Shown here: one piece after another, positions 23,755-37,945 of the stretch
How positions within the stretch are numbered: the stretch's first letter is position 1
How the letters are laid out: each line of letters starts with the position of its first letter
The notes under the pieces: generated by a model
What the model saw: only the letters and a program-made list of their open reading frames with translations
What the model was told of the DNA's origin: nothing
Database searches by the model: none
Program-made: the position numbers and the translations under genes
NCBI RefSeq assembly: GCF_036321535.1
Contig: NC_087437.1
Span: forward strand, 8,432,001-8,496,000
Direction of reading: 5' to 3'
DNA: 64,000 bases
Source of the DNA: Camelus dromedarius
Taxonomy: Eukaryota

Positions 23755-26130
23755 TCATTCTTTGGAATATACTAGGAACAGCAAGAAGGCCTGTGTGCCT
23801 CAGCAGAGTGAGTAAGAGGGAAATATTAGGAACATCAGGAATTTAGGCTGAAGAGTTAACGAGCTGGGCATCAGAGCTCAGAGAACTTTGTAGGATGAAT
23901 AAGGATGCTGTCCCATCAGAGTCAGCTGTCAAGTGATCCTTTTAAAACCCATGATGAGAGGGGCTGGGCAAGAGAATGACTCATTGTTTTGGTAATGAGT
24001 AATGACTCATCATGGCAGTGATCAATTGGCTATGGTTGCTTGGACAAAAGTGAGAAGTGGTTGGATTTTAGACATGTTCTGAAAGCGGAGCCAACAAGAC
24101 TGAGCAGATAGAGGGTGAGAGAAAGAAAGAGGAGTAAAAGATGAAGCCAAGATTTTGGGCCTGAACACCTAAAAGGATGGAATTACCATCAGTTAAGAAC
24201 GGAAAATATATGGATGAAGCAGGTTTTGGGAAGGAAGACTGAGTTCAGTTGTGGACCATGTCACGCCTGGGGTGAACACTGGGGATAACACGAAGCAGGC
24301 AGTATGACTGGAGTTCATGATTAAGTTGGAGATGTGATTCTTGAGTTTTGGAGAGAGATGTCCATGTGAGAGACATCATGTAGAGGTGGTAATAAAAGCC
24401 AGGAGACAGAATGCTATCACCAAAGGAAAGGGGGCATACAAGGGGAAAAGTTCCAAAGATTGAGCCTTGAAGTATTCTAGCCAATAGGTCCCAGAGAGAC
24501 AAGAAGTCTGCACGACCTCAGTGCTACTGGCCTGTCAAGGCGCTGTGGCCTTAGCAACTTGGAGAACACTGGTGACTCTGATAAGAATAGTTTTGGTGGC
24601 TCATTGAGGGTGAAATTCTGACTAGAAGTAGATCAAAGGAGGATTAGAGGAGAGGAATTGAAGCCAGCAATTACATGATGCTTTTAAGAAATTTTGCTAC
24701 AAAGAATAGAGAACAAGCTGGAAGGTAGGGCCCAGAAAATTATATTTTAAAAAAAATTAAGAATATATAGGCTTAATTTTAATCAAGAAAAAGAATTTAA
24801 AGGCTTGATTAGATTTACATTAAATGCTTTCGTCAGTAATACTTCATGAATAGTGTGTATTCCAAATTGCATTTCATTAGGAGGCATGAATACCACGTTG
24901 TCTTAGTGATTCCAAGTTTCTGTATTTCTGTTTGGTTAGGATTGTGTCCAACAGATATTTCTATTAAAAAGTTTCAGTTTCCTTTTTGCAATTAGAAAAC
25001 AATCAATATAGTGCTATTTTGGCTCTGTGTGGATATTCTGTTTTCTCTCTATACTTCATTTAGTGCTTAAATCAGTTACTTAATTGGAAGAATTTAAATG
25101 ATGATTTTCAAATTTTAACATTTTTTCCCCCTACATTTTTAGCTGGCTTTTTGTTTTGTTTTGTGGTTAAAGGAGAGCTTTTACTCATCAACTGGGGATC
25201 AATTGTACTCTCTCCTAAAAGCTTAATTCTTTCCCTTTAGTTAGCAATTATCAGGATAAGAAGCTATTTCCAATAGGGGAAAGTGATTTCTTTTTGTAAG
25301 AGAAGAGTTTGTGTGCGTGTGTGTGTGCGTGCGTGTGTGTGCATGTGTGTGTGCGTGTGTGTGTGCGTGTGTTTGTGTGTGTGTGTTGTTGTCGCGGTTT
25401 CTTCAAGTAGATGAAGTGATGCGCTGTTTACAAGCTGACAGGAATGACGCAGCTAGACGGAGTCACTGATGACACAGGAAAGAGTAGGGAGAACCACCAG
25501 CATGAATCCTTGAAGCATAAAGGGGGACAGACTTGGCTACACAAGGAAGGGACTGTATGAATGGCTCCCTTATAGTAACACTTAGAAAGGAAGAGGAGAT
25601 TATACTGACACTAGCAGGCAGTTAGTTGTGGTTGGAGGAAAATCTCGGGAAGTTCGATCCTGATTGCTTCAATGTTTTTCTCAGTGAAATATGAAGCAAG
25701 TCAAAGAATGGGAGGCGTGAAATAGACATATGGATGGGGTGAGCTGTTGTAAGGACAACAGGTGCAGAGAGGGACATAATTTATGATAAAGAGGTGGTCA
25801 AAGAACTGAGTGGTCAAAGTGTTAGAAAGATCATTTATTTATATAATGACTTTGCAAAGAAATGATGCAGTAGCAGTCTCAGGGAGAGGGATGATGAACC
25901 AAGGGCAAAAAATATGAAGAAATGACAGGCAGTAATTCCTGGGCAGACGATGACTACAGTAATGTGGGGTAGCAGGTAACTGACTGTGATAACACAAAAT
26001 TCAAAGCTGAGACTTCTAAGGGAAGCGTGAACAAGAGTGGTTCAGAGTGATGATGATGAATAAGACTTTCCACCTGCAGGTGCTGTGAAAGGGGCTGTAG
26101 GAAAGCAATTTCCTTAGGGGAGAGGCAAGT
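23755..26130 (-). mobile_element. Long degenerate L2 interrupted by an old L1 fragment (~24.8-25.3 kb) and a microsatellite
   Basis: Purine-rich L2 antisense motifs such as 'gaagtggttggatttttagacatgttctgaaagcggagccaacaagact' and 'gagttcagttgtggaccatgt'. Confidence 0.6.
25310..25386. repeat. (TG)n/(TGCG)n compound microsatellite
   Basis: Direct reading. Confidence 0.95.
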
Positions 26131-26140
26131 TTCTAAGACA

Positions 26141-27483
26141 ATTTTTTTCAGTAATTTGATTACAAAGTGCCTTGGTGTAGGTTTCTTCATGTTGCTTGTG
26201 CTTGGAGGTTTTTTGAGCTTGAATTTTTGGGTTTATCATTTTTATCAAATTTGGAGAATTTTTGGCCAACTGTTCTTAGCCCCTTTCACTCCTTCAGGGA
26301 CTCCAATTACATGTATATTATCCCTTGGAAGGCTTCCCAAAGCTCACTGATGCTCTGTTATCTCTCTCTCTTTTTTTATTCATTCTTTTCCTGTCTCATT
26401 TTATTGTTACATCTTCCAGGTTACTAGTTTTTTTCTTCTGAAACGTGTAATCTGCCCTTAATTCCATCCAGTTTTTCTTTCATCTCTCACAGTATAGTCT
26501 TCATCTATAGATTTTGATTTGAATCTTTTTTATATCTTCAGTGTCTCTTCTACCACATATCCTAGCATCTTGAACATGCGGAATATTGTTATAGTAACTG
26601 TTCTACTGTCGTTGCCTACTAATTCTATCATCTGGGACATTTCTGAGTCATTTTGGATTGACTGATTTTTCTCACTATGTATCGTATTTTCCTTATTTTC
26701 CCATGTGTGGTAAGTTTTGATTGTATACTAGACATTGTAAATTTTACTTTGTTGGGTGTTGCCTATTTTTCTATTCCTATAAATATTCTTGAGTTTTGTT
26801 CTGGAACTTAGTATAGTTACTTTTAAACAGCTGATCTTACTAGGTCTTGCTTTTAAGGTTTGTTTGGTGGGACCAGAAGAGTATTTAGCATGGGGTTAAT
26901 TTTCCCCACTCATGAGGTAAAACAAACCTTTCTGAATACTTTGCTAAATGCCCAGTCAGTTATGAGGTTTTCCAGTCTGGCTGAAGGAGCTGGCTGGAGG
27001 GGTCAGGCTCTGTTTCTGGTGCTGTGTGAGTACCAGGCACTTTTACTTCTAAACCCTTTGGGTGATTCTTTCCTCAACCTTGGATGCTTTCCTCAAAGGC
27101 ATATGCTGATTAGTACTCAGTTAGAGACTAGAGAAGGAACTCTCTGAGATCCCCATAGTTCTCTCTCTGTGTAGTTCCTTCTCTCTGATATTCTGTCTTG
27201 TAAATCTAGCCATCGCAGTCTCCCTGGACCCAGATCTTCATTTTTTCAACTCAGGGACGCCACTGTGCTCTGCCTTGAGTCTCCCTCCCTGTACTGTGAC
27301 CTAGAAAATTACTCCAGGCAGTAAGTTGAGGTTGTTACAGGACATACTTCACCTATTTCCCATCTTTAAGAGATTATTATATTTTGTTGCCCAATGACTA
27401 CTATTTTTTTTTTTTTTGTGGTTATTTCAGGCAGGAAGGTACAATGAGCCCCTGATAATCCATCGTGGCCAGAGTAGAAGCCC
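26141..27483 (-). mobile_element. Old L1 (L1MC-like) 5' UTR plus ORF1 remnant
   Basis: Minus-strand peptide KKPTPRHFVIKLLK is the L1 ORF1p TPRHIIIKL motif. Right end reverse-complements to GGCCACGATGG, like the L1 5' YY1 motif. Confidence 0.7.
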
Positions 27484-30400
27484 AAATAAGTCTGTTACTA
27501 CTCAATTTTTTTTTTTTTAAAAAGAACCGTATATTACTATGGTATGGATGAGCTAGTCAGATTATGTGATAGGATTGTGAGGGGTTAGAACTTGGAAAGG
27601 ATAATTCCAGGGGAGAAACTAAGCCTACAGGTGAGGGTGTATGTAGCTTAGGTCAGCGTGGGAGCACTGACAGTTGGAAGAGGGCTAATATTAACAATCC
27701 ATACACTGAGGGCAGTCTGAAGAAAAGCATCTATTTCTAACGCTTTAATCATTTAAAAAGATGAAATGATTATTGCAGCAAATGAAGTTGTTAATTTTAA
27801 GATGTTCACGTATATTTGCCTATTTTGAATCTAGACAAAAATGAATAGCTTATTTTTTTGTTTGTTTCAGCAGTGACCTTTCAACAGTATAGTGAAGAGA
27901 AAGCATTGTGATCATGGTCCGTATAATAATGGTATGGTCTGTATCCACCTGCAAGAGGCAATTTTCATAAAATGGAATAAATGAAAGCTTTAAGATGCTA
28001 AGAAAAAAGAGGATGGATTTGTAGAGGTAGAGTCATTAATATCTTAATAGAAAAACAATTACTAGGAAAAGTTCTACTGAAGAAGGAAAATGCAATCACA
28101 AATTTACACGAAGTGTTTCTATGAATTGTTTCTGTTGGGAAAAAAAACCCTCCCCCCCAAACCCCATCCTGATACCTCCATCATTGCTGTCTGTCAGTAA
28201 CCTTAGGAAGATTAAATCAACTGTAAAACCAAAAAAGTAGCTCCATTTTCTTTGCAGACCTCAGTGTTGCACAAAAGGATGTGGGACCCTGTTAGATTTA
28301 CATAACCAGAAGGCTACCCACCCAGAGGACTTTGGGATACACTTTCCCTTGACTCTTCTCTGCCTGATTTCCTTAATATCAGGACGCCCATCTCACATGT
28401 TATAGTTCATAAGTGAGCATTGGGAACTGGTATCTGCCTTTGGTGACATAATGAGGTATTCAATTCACTTTTTCAGTAGAGGAATAGGGCAAAAAAAGAA
28501 CAGAAACAGAGACTGAATTGAGTATACCAACACACAATGTCATTGATGCATGGAGAAGTAAGTTCACAGTAAAACTAAAAAAAGTAAAGGTAAAAATTAA
28601 GAGAAACAGGATCGGTTTTTTGACTCATGGTTCCCTCCTTGGTGGACAGGAAGTCCTCAGGCCATGCGGGGTGCACATAGCAAGTGGGCTGAACTGGTGG
28701 GTGTCCTTGAATGGCTCCCACTCCCACTCAGCAATGGAGGTTTTATCAAGGGCTGCAAAACTCTGGATGAAGCTGGGCACTCTCTTTAAATCTGGTGATG
28801 TAGTAGCCAGTGATGCTGGCCTAGAAACCATTCTGAAAAAGACTTGCCAGGGAGGTTTTCCAGTGCAAGAGTGGCCAGAACGAAACAGCCAGCATCTTCC
28901 AATGCATAGACAAAAGGCTTTTGTACTGAGATGGGCACCTTGAGGACCACATCTCCATTCATGTACAGCATACAAGGCAGCATTCCATGGAACAGATGCT
29001 GGCTTTGAGCAGTAGAAAAACTATGCACCATGTGATGTTGGCTTGGCACTGACATTACTCATCTCATCCTCATAAAAGTGTTACAATCTCCAGCGTGAGG
29101 GTATGACATTAGTTAGGGACTTGGTTCTGAGCTGACTTGCTGAATTGTTGGTGTTCTTATAATACCCCACAGGCAGTCGCTATGTTGGCATTAGCTCCTC
29201 TGTCCAGGGCTGTGTATTTGATACAGAGGAGGACACGATCTGCAGGCAGTGGAATTTAGGCATGAAAAGCTGAAGCCCGCTGGAATAACCAATATGATTA
29301 GTGTTACTCTTTAAGTGTACCAAATGTACCTGATGGAAATTCTCAATTCTGTTAAAATATATTTTATACTTGTAATGAATGATCATGCAAGTTCTATAAG
29401 AAGTGAAGATTTAGTCTCAGGTGACCTCAAATGTTTAAGTATTCTGAAAAATTGCCCAGGATTTGGTAGCACTTCACACTCATACCCACTACACACACAC
29501 ATACACACACACACGGTTTCCGTTTAGTCATTCATTCAGCAATTCTTTCTCTAGCTTCTGTTTTTGTATTGTGCTAAATACTGGGGATGAAAAGATGTAT
29601 AAGGTACTGCCAGACTTAAAGTTTCTTGTGTCTAGAGAGACATAATTGGAGTGGTAATTTTCATTTCTTGTATGGATTTTGAAATTACATTAGCTGAATT
29701 GATCAGAGTCCTATAAAAGAAAAGTAGAGGGTATGAATTATGAAGTGAATTTCAGACTGTCTCTGGAGAATCAGCACTGACATAGTTGTGAGAAAAGGCT
29801 TGAAAGTCCTCTGTTTTTATTAAGAAATTGAATTCTGACTTCCTTTCTGCCTTTGGGGGCACAGGTAATTTGCTTTCCAAAAGCGGGAATAGATCTACCT
29901 TCCACTTTCCTGATTTTTTTTTTTTCCCAGGCAGTTCCAATGACTTTAAAGTTATGATGGATGCATCAGTGGTGCTTTCATATCCCAGATGGCATCAGAG
30001 ATCACACCTTCCCTGTGAGGGAGGCTAGGCTGGTAGTGGTTTTATTTCCAAGTTATAGATTGACCTCCAAATTGAGTAAGCCACGTGTCCATGGTCACAC
30101 AGCTACTAAGCATCAGAGCCAGGACTCAGTTGACTTCTGTGCCCCAAGCCCACTAACCACATTAAACACACTTAAGTTTTCTCAGGTTGACAGTCTTCCA
30201 GGGTTGCTCTTGTCAATTTTAAGAGCAACAAACAAGTGTACCTCCCACGATGCCTTGCCACCTTCCCCACTACAGACGCAGAGGATGCACAACAGGAAGT
30301 GGATGTGACATGCCCAGTGTGCTTGGTTCTTACTTTGACATTTTGGTTTTGCCAGTGGGGAAGCATTTCCTCAGCTGCAGACATCACAGAGGTGTCCCCA

Positions 30401-31069
30401 CCCTTTCCCCATCTCCGACATCTCACAGCAAAGAGGGAGAGATCAGTTTCTCCATTTACAGCTGAGGAAACTGAGTCTTAGAGGGTTGAAATAATTTCCT
30501 CCGAGTCCTGTTGCTTGTCATTGGTCATGTTTCTTTAGGTCACATCAGCCTCCAAGAATGTTCTTTGTCCTCTGACGTGCTGGGCCCTTAAGCAGGAGTG
30601 CAGCAGGAAAAAAAAAGGTCGGGGGGAAGAGAGCTAGGCTGTCAAAGGATGTGGAAGCACGGGGTGAATCAGCACTGGTACCTGGTCCTGGAAAGCCGGA
30701 GGGTACCAGGCGCTGCGGAGGGGAGGAGGGAGGCTGGTCCTTGCCCAGTGCCTGACGTCTGTGCATATTTAACACGCTCTGGCTTCTCCTCCAGGCAGAA
30801 CATTTCTCTCTTTAGTGCTTCCTTCACTTCAAAGGTTATGTAATTCTGTCTGTGTTCTTTACATGGGTATAATTACAGGAAATTCTTAAAACTACCATTT
30901 ACTAGGGGAAAAATTAAGTCATATATTTATACCACATACATTATCTTAGTGATGAAGTCCTAAAATTGAAATTCCAACCAGGGCTTTTTATTTGTGATTA
31001 TAACAGCGGTTTTCACATGGCGGAAGCGGATTCTAACATCTCGGACCCACACGGTAGCTTTTCAATCAG

Positions 31070-31290
31070 GAGCTCAGCGTCTTCCAGTGGGTGGCTGCTT
31101 AGAGGCCGACGGGTCGCATTTGAATCCTGGTTCTTGCACATGTGTGACCTCATTTAACTTGTGTACTTATCTACAAGAGGGGGGTCATTTCTACCACACA
31201 GGGGTGTCGTGAGGATTAAATGACACACGTCATACGGGGTCTAATGCAGGGCCTCGTGTGAGATAAGAGATCAGAAATGACTAGTTTTCA
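31070..31290 (+). mobile_element. MIR SINE
   Basis: 'tttgaatcctggttc...tgtgtgacct...gtgaggattaaatga'. Confidence 0.65.
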
Positions 31291-34200
31291 TTCTCTTTCC
31301 TCACCCCAAGGATGGAGGGTTAGCTTCAATTTTGGTGCCTCAATTTGCAGACGGAGACATAGAAACAGAAGTGAAAGACTGACCACACGTCCCAGCAGAA
31401 CCTAGTAACTTTCAATCTGCCATTGTAGTTACTGACTCTGTTAAACTTGGATTACAGGCAAGGAGGGAACCCCGTGGGAGGGAATAATCCTCTCTGAAGG
31501 GTGTTGAGAGATGCTGATTCTGCCGGGGTGACATTCTGGGGAGGGGGTGGGAGGGGCAGTTGCTGTATGTCTAGCTCTCTCACTGAGAAGCTGTGTGACT
31601 TCGATCAAGTCATGTGACCACCCTGGGCTTTGATGCTTTCGAGGTAGTTGGACTTCATGTCTCTTCTCGGTCTTAGACTTCTTGATCTCCTATCGTTATG
31701 TATATATTTGCCTGTTTCCGCTGTTAGATCTCAAGTGTGTGGAGGACGGGGATACTGCCCACCTGGAATCCCACACCGGGTCTCTTCCAAAGCCTCATTT
31801 ATTGCTAATCAGAAAAACTAGAGCAGGTTTGGTATGAGATGGGGTGACCATGTTGCAATTCATAGCAAAGTAGTGAATCTATTAGAATAACTGAATGCAT
31901 GCACACACACACTTACCTACTCAAGATGTTGCCACCCACAAGATGAGTACCATTAACTGTGCCCTTCTCAAATGAGCTTTGATGTGGAATCTCCCATGAT
32001 GAAATAGTCCTTGTCAGATGCATCTGTTTGCTTGTTACGATTTCTCTTTCTTGCTGCTAGGTGAGCACGATGAAAATCGGAACCTCTTTGTCTTTTTTCC
32101 GCTGTGGCCGTTGCACTAGAATAGTGCCGAGTCATGGTAAGATGTCAGCATAAGGTTGTTGAAGGACTTGTAATGAATTAAAAAAAATCATCATTTCCTT
32201 CATAGTGTTTGCCTGTAGGCAAGAGTACCAGGAAGATTACAAGGTTCCAGCCATTGTTACAACCACATCCCTTGTAGGGGCAAATAACTAGATCCTTTGT
32301 GAGGAAAGAGGGGCCTGTGAGGACTGTAATGGATATTAGGGTTCACAACACCTGTAAGTGGGCACCTCAACAGGTGAAGGAATTCCAGTAAGACTGAAGA
32401 TATGGGGCCTCCCACAGTAACACAAGAGTTGATGGAAATAGAAGCTTGAGGTAATAACCCTAAACTGGGATGACAGAGGCTGCATTTAGTAGCTTTAAAC
32501 CAAGATTACAGAAGCAGATAACCAAGTGGTTTTTCTTTTAATTTTATTTTCAATTTACCTCCAATTTTGGTTGAACATAGAGGTTCTCTTCCTCCTATAT
32601 TTTTCTTTTCTGGGTTCACACTGTAGTCACTCATGTCATCTCTCATATATTTTGATTTGCTTTTTACTCATTCATCCAAATTGTCTTCTGTCTTGGTCCC
32701 AAGTTCCATTCCTTGCTTTCTATTCATCGCATGGGCTCAGCTGGCACCCACTGATTACAAGGGATAGACCTCTATTTTCTCTACCAAAGATACCTGGAAC
32801 TTCTGCAGAATAAGTTTCTCCTGCTTGGCATTGAATTTCATGTTATGGAAATAATCATTTATTTCAGTGGATACAAGTTCTGGATGAATGCAGCTCCACA
32901 GAGAAACCAAGACGTGTCTATACCACCTTACCAGAAGATTTTCACCCACTGGGCAAAAGAAAGTGTTTCAGCTCTCCTGGCTTCTAATTTTCCTCTTTCC
33001 TCCCCATTTGGAAAGTAGCTTCCATATTCCTTCTAGCTTTTTGAAATGAATCAATTTAACCACATCTGTATTTGTCAAAGAGGTGACAGTCATCATTGTG
33101 TGATTTGAGCTGTTCTGCTGAGAGATAGTATGTCCCCAAGTAATTCATCCTTGTCTCATGGGACACTCAATTTTGAATCTTTAGGGATTCATGACTTTGA
33201 AATCTTTAAGAAGTTACTGTTTATTTAAAAGTTTAGTGGTGGGGAGGAGTAATAAGATACTAAGTAATGGGACATTGTAAATAATATTTGTGTCTTTATA
33301 CTTCTATAAATATACTTTACCCATAATTTCTATTCATATTGTTTTACTTAATATTGTCATATAAACATTTTCCATGCTGCTACATAGAATTTCATAATGA
33401 TAATTTTTAATGGATGCATAATATTCCATTGAAAGGACATATCATAGTTGATTTAACTATTCTCTTGTTATTGATTGTCTTCAACTTTTCATTGATCTCT
33501 TTGGTTATCTTGATGAATGTGCTCTTCTTTAGAGTTTGTCTTTTTATTTTCTAAAGGTATTATTTGTTTTATAAAAATGATAAATATCAATCAGGAAAAA
33601 AATGTTGAAAAGTAAGATGGCAAGAACAAAAATATCCATCCCCAATTCCACTATCCTTGTAGAGCAGTAATTAATATTAGGGGGATATTATTCCAGATAT
33701 CTTTCTATGTCAATGTGGAGATTAATGGAGATTCTGTCATGTAATGTGAAATGTCTAATTATCCTCTTAAAGTAAGTTTCAATATGGCTGTCTACCTGCA
33801 GGTCCAGGAGGCTTAGGACTCAGGGATGGAAGGGCTGAGCTCAATGGGTGTCAGCCTTGGTTGTGTGTCGGAATCACTTCATAAGCTTAAAAAAAATAAT
33901 AATACAGGTGCTGAGTCCCTTTCTCAGAGATTTCTTAAACTTTGGCATAAATTCATCAGATTTGAGTTGTAAAGCTGATATTTCTTGTAAAACCTCCATA
34001 GCAAAATAATAGTTTCGAAAGCTAGATGGTATTGAGAAAGGAATTTTATAATATACCAAAATCCAGGCCTAATGGACTTGACTGTTCAAGTGTATTATGG
34101 AGAGAGAAACAGCGGCTAAGTGAGAGTGAAAAAGTAATCGCTCTTTGTATTCTTTGACCTGACCTTTTGAGGCTAGATCTTAGCAAGAGTGAGTGGCTTT

Positions 34201-36432
34201 AGAAACATCCAGAGAAGTAGCAAATTTGGGAGGACGTAAGATGAAGTGCACTTTATAAATGTTGTGGGGGAGCTCTTGGGTCCTGTGAGAACTTCAGTCT
34301 TCAGCTCAGTGTTACTTGCAAGGAAGCCGGGGAGCAATGGTACAGAGGTGGTGGCTGAAGGCAGAAAAATGGATGAGCTTGGACAGAGCTCCCAGTTCCC
34401 TGTGTTCTATCCTGGAAAGCAGAGGACCAAGAATATTCCTGAATGCCCTGGGAGGGGATGTGAAAGAACCAAGGGTGCTAAGGGGCTTCCAGGGGGAAGA
34501 GGCTACAGGACCAGAGGTAAATGGTGGGCACCAGGGGTGGACACACGAGTGTTCACTCCTCAAGGCCAGTCTCACATGGACTCAGTGTCCCAGGGTGGGG
34601 AAGGTCGGAGACCAACTCTTTATAGCACAGAGCCTCAGAGAGCAACTGAATTTGAGGACTTCGTTTTCCTCCACTCCCAGTGCCACAAGGTCATCCAAGC
34701 TGTACTTCATACTCTCAGATGTTGTCTTGGAGGACCTGTAGGGGAGAAGATCACAACCTTAAATATTTGAGCATTTACCTGGATGGTCTAAGGTGAGGCT
34801 GCATACAGACTAGCAGAGTGTTTTTTTCCCCCCTGCTAGATCTTACCTAGTGGACTGGATTTTGGCAGTGGGACTCAAGGAGACACCTGTTTTCCAGCCT
34901 ACAGGCTGGGAAACCCCTTTCAATTGAAGGGGTTCATTCTGTCATACAGCAATCCATTTAACCATCAGCATGATGACTTCCAGGCTAGTTTCAAACCAGT
35001 ACACATAAAGGTCGAAGAGTTTTATAGATGATATATTAAGCTATTTCCTTGGGCCAATCTATATCTGTTTATTCACAGTCATTTTAATGTTTAAGCCTAA
35101 AATATTCACTAGAGCTGAGAGCGCTAGATGTTTTTGCCATTCGACCTCAGTGAAAAGCTACAATTTTCCCTAAAATCTTTCCCCATGCCTAGATCTGCCA
35201 CTTTGCAGAATTAGCACATTAGAAACTAAGTTATTTTTCTTAAAAAACACACCAACACATGAGCTTCATGTCTAAATGACATTCTTGTTTTATTATAACC
35301 ATTGTAACTATTGAGAGCAAGGGCTGTTGTCTCAGCTACCCTCGGAAGTTTCAAAGACTTAAAGAGATTGGACTCTAGAGAAATCTTTCCCCTTCTTAAT
35401 CCTTAACTGGTTGCAAATGTCAATGGGCCATATAGCTGTTCCTTAATATTGTCAATGTGATGCTTTCGTGTCCTTTAGATTAGAAACTTCTTGCTTTAAA
35501 TCCCCTAACATAACACTTTAGGATTAGAGCTGAAGTTCAGTGTGCAGCCGGTGACCACCCACTGCTGGGGTCACACTTCACAGGCCACAGCAGGGATTAC
35601 TCAGGTGCGATAGGAAACTGGTGACTTGAAAAGAGCCCCGTGGCCTCTCCCTCGGCTCAGTGGTCCTTGTCTTCCTCCCACAACGAGACAGGTACAAAAC
35701 ATGTGTCAGTGTAACAGCAGCACCACAGGTGAAAGGCTGTCGGGCAGGCATTCCATTCAAACCTTCAGGGAGAACGGAGGCAACGGTGCACCGGCAGCTA
35801 AGCTGTGACTCTTAGCTTGCAAGCTTCCACGTGGGTGTCAAGAGCCCCGGCTGGCCACGTGTGGATTCTCTCATCCAGTGCAGAGCGCACGGGGGTAACG
35901 CGAACCGTGGCTGCTTGTGTGACCGTGACTTTTGGCCTCTTATTGCAAAACTATCCAAGGACCTTTGATGGTAAAGTTCGGTGAAGTTAAACTAATGCCC
36001 TCATGGAGTGCTGAAAGGGACAATTTGTCAGCACGTTCCTCAGGTGAGGGACTGGAAATCTGAGATCGAGACCTTGAGAGGACGACACTTTCCCGGTTGT
36101 AGATCTATAAAATTGGACCATGGGTTATTGTTGCTTTGTTTTATTGCAACAAGTTTTACAACATGCTGGATACGTCTCTTTAGAGTTTTTACAAGCTCAA
36201 ATTATATGACATGGGATCAGGAAAGATCGTATTTGTACATGTGGACACAGTATGTGTGTTGGAAGACAAAGACATAAGATAGAAAGTTGACTTTAGCCAC
36301 GCGTCTCACACACAATGTGTTTTATTACCAGCCAAGTTTGTTTGCTAATATTTTCTGTTCCATTATTTTTATATGTTGAGCAGCACACTCAAGCTGGATA
36401 TTCACAAATTCCCTTTGTATTAGTAATCTAGA

Positions 36433-36970
36433 TGTGGCATATTAGATTTTCCAAAGATGGCTGTACAAATATATACATACATATATACCATATGTGTATG
36501 TATATATAATTGATACAAATACATGTACGATGTGTGATGAACAGTACATGTACATATATATGTACAAATGTATATCCCATGCCACATGTGACTTCCAAAG
36601 CAAGGTCATAAAGAGAACAGAGCGTGTGCCCGGCCCTCTCCTGAGGCTGCCTGCCCTTGGAACTCAGCCGTCACGCCACACTGTGAGGAAGCTGAAACTG
36701 ACCCACGCAGCGTGACCACACGGAGAGGCTGGCAGGGAAAGGAGGCGATGTCCGCAGCTGACAGCCAGCAGTCACTGCCACATGTGCATGAATGGGCCTC
36801 CAGTTGGCTCCAGCCTCAGCCTCTGCCTCCTCTGACTGAGACCTCAGACAGGTGTGGCGGAGCAGACAGGCCTGCCCTCCCCACAGGAACCACGAGAGGG
36901 AAAAGTGGCTACTGGTGTTGAAGTGGCTATGTTTTGTGGTGGTTTGTTATGCAACACAGTAATTGCAACA
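36433..36970 (+). mobile_element. MaLR LTR (MLT1E/F-like) with internal AT-rich simple repeat
   Basis: TG start 'tgtggcatattagattttccaaagatggctg', internal 'ctgtgaggaagc', end 'gtggtttgttatgcaacacagtaattgcaaca'. Confidence 0.75.
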
Positions 36971-37789
36971 TGAGTCATTTTCACGCTTTGTTGGTGTGCC
37001 ACCTCAGAGAGCTCTGCACTCCTCCTGACACAGGATTTGCGTAAATGTCCCTCTTCATGCAGGGTGGGTATGTGGCGTAGTCTCTGGCCGTCTTTCTTCT
37101 TCCACGTTTAAGACGTGCATTCTTTTTCACGCTCCTGCATTATTCCCAGGCAGGGCCATTTCCAAGAAACGTTCCCTGAAACTCCCTGGTTTGGTTCAGA
37201 TGCCATTTTTCTGTGATCCCTCCTTAATCTGTCACCAGTGATCACTGTGCGGTCGTCATCGGTGCGGTTGCCTCTTCTTCCCGTGAGACTGCGATCCCGC
37301 ACTCCAGGGGCTCTTTCTCCTCGTTTTTGTGTTGATAGTACTTAGCACCACTTCTGCCGTCATAAAGTCTCACCACGGAATTGTGCAACTAGGACCTTGT
37401 TTATCGAGGCCTTGACTCAGAGGACAACGGAAGACGGGGGGAAAGCTTTCTAGGAGTGGGGTACCATGATATAATATCTCGAAGTTAGCAGGTTTTTAAC
37501 AATGTCCTGAAGGGAAGTGCTCCTGTAAAGTATGCAAACCTCTAGCTGCCTCCAGAGAACATGGAAGCATCTTTATTCCGAGCTGGCATGTGGAGGGGCA
37601 GCGAATCTGTCCGAGTCCTGGTGGACTGCTCCAGAAACACTGGATGTCTTGTAAGACAGTGTCGCTGGAAGCTGGAGGCAGCAAGAAGGCTAGGGAGATA
37701 AGAGCCCCTAGTTTTTCCTTCTTGACTTTGGGATCAAATAGAAGGAAGCCTGAGCCTTCAGTTCTTTTTCAGTCCAACAGTTCATAAAT

Positions 37790-37945
37790 TTACTGTGCTT
37801 CAGATGCACTTGGGGAGCTTGTGATGAATGCAGGTCCCCAGGTTCAAAACTCTGAAGCATTAGATCTTGGGTGAGCCTGGAATGTGCATTTTTAGTAAGC
37901 TCCCCAGATGATTCAGATACTGGAGATCCAAGGATCATAATTTGC
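37790..37945. mobile_element. MER5-like hAT element
   Basis: 'gcctggaatgtgcatttttagtaagctccccagatgattcagat'. Confidence 0.65.

Noticed and set aside
34246..34770. Overlapping 174- and 141-aa ORFs
   Set aside because: Non-ATG starts, no recognisable domain or splice structure. May be an old LTR-like repeat, but I could not assign it.
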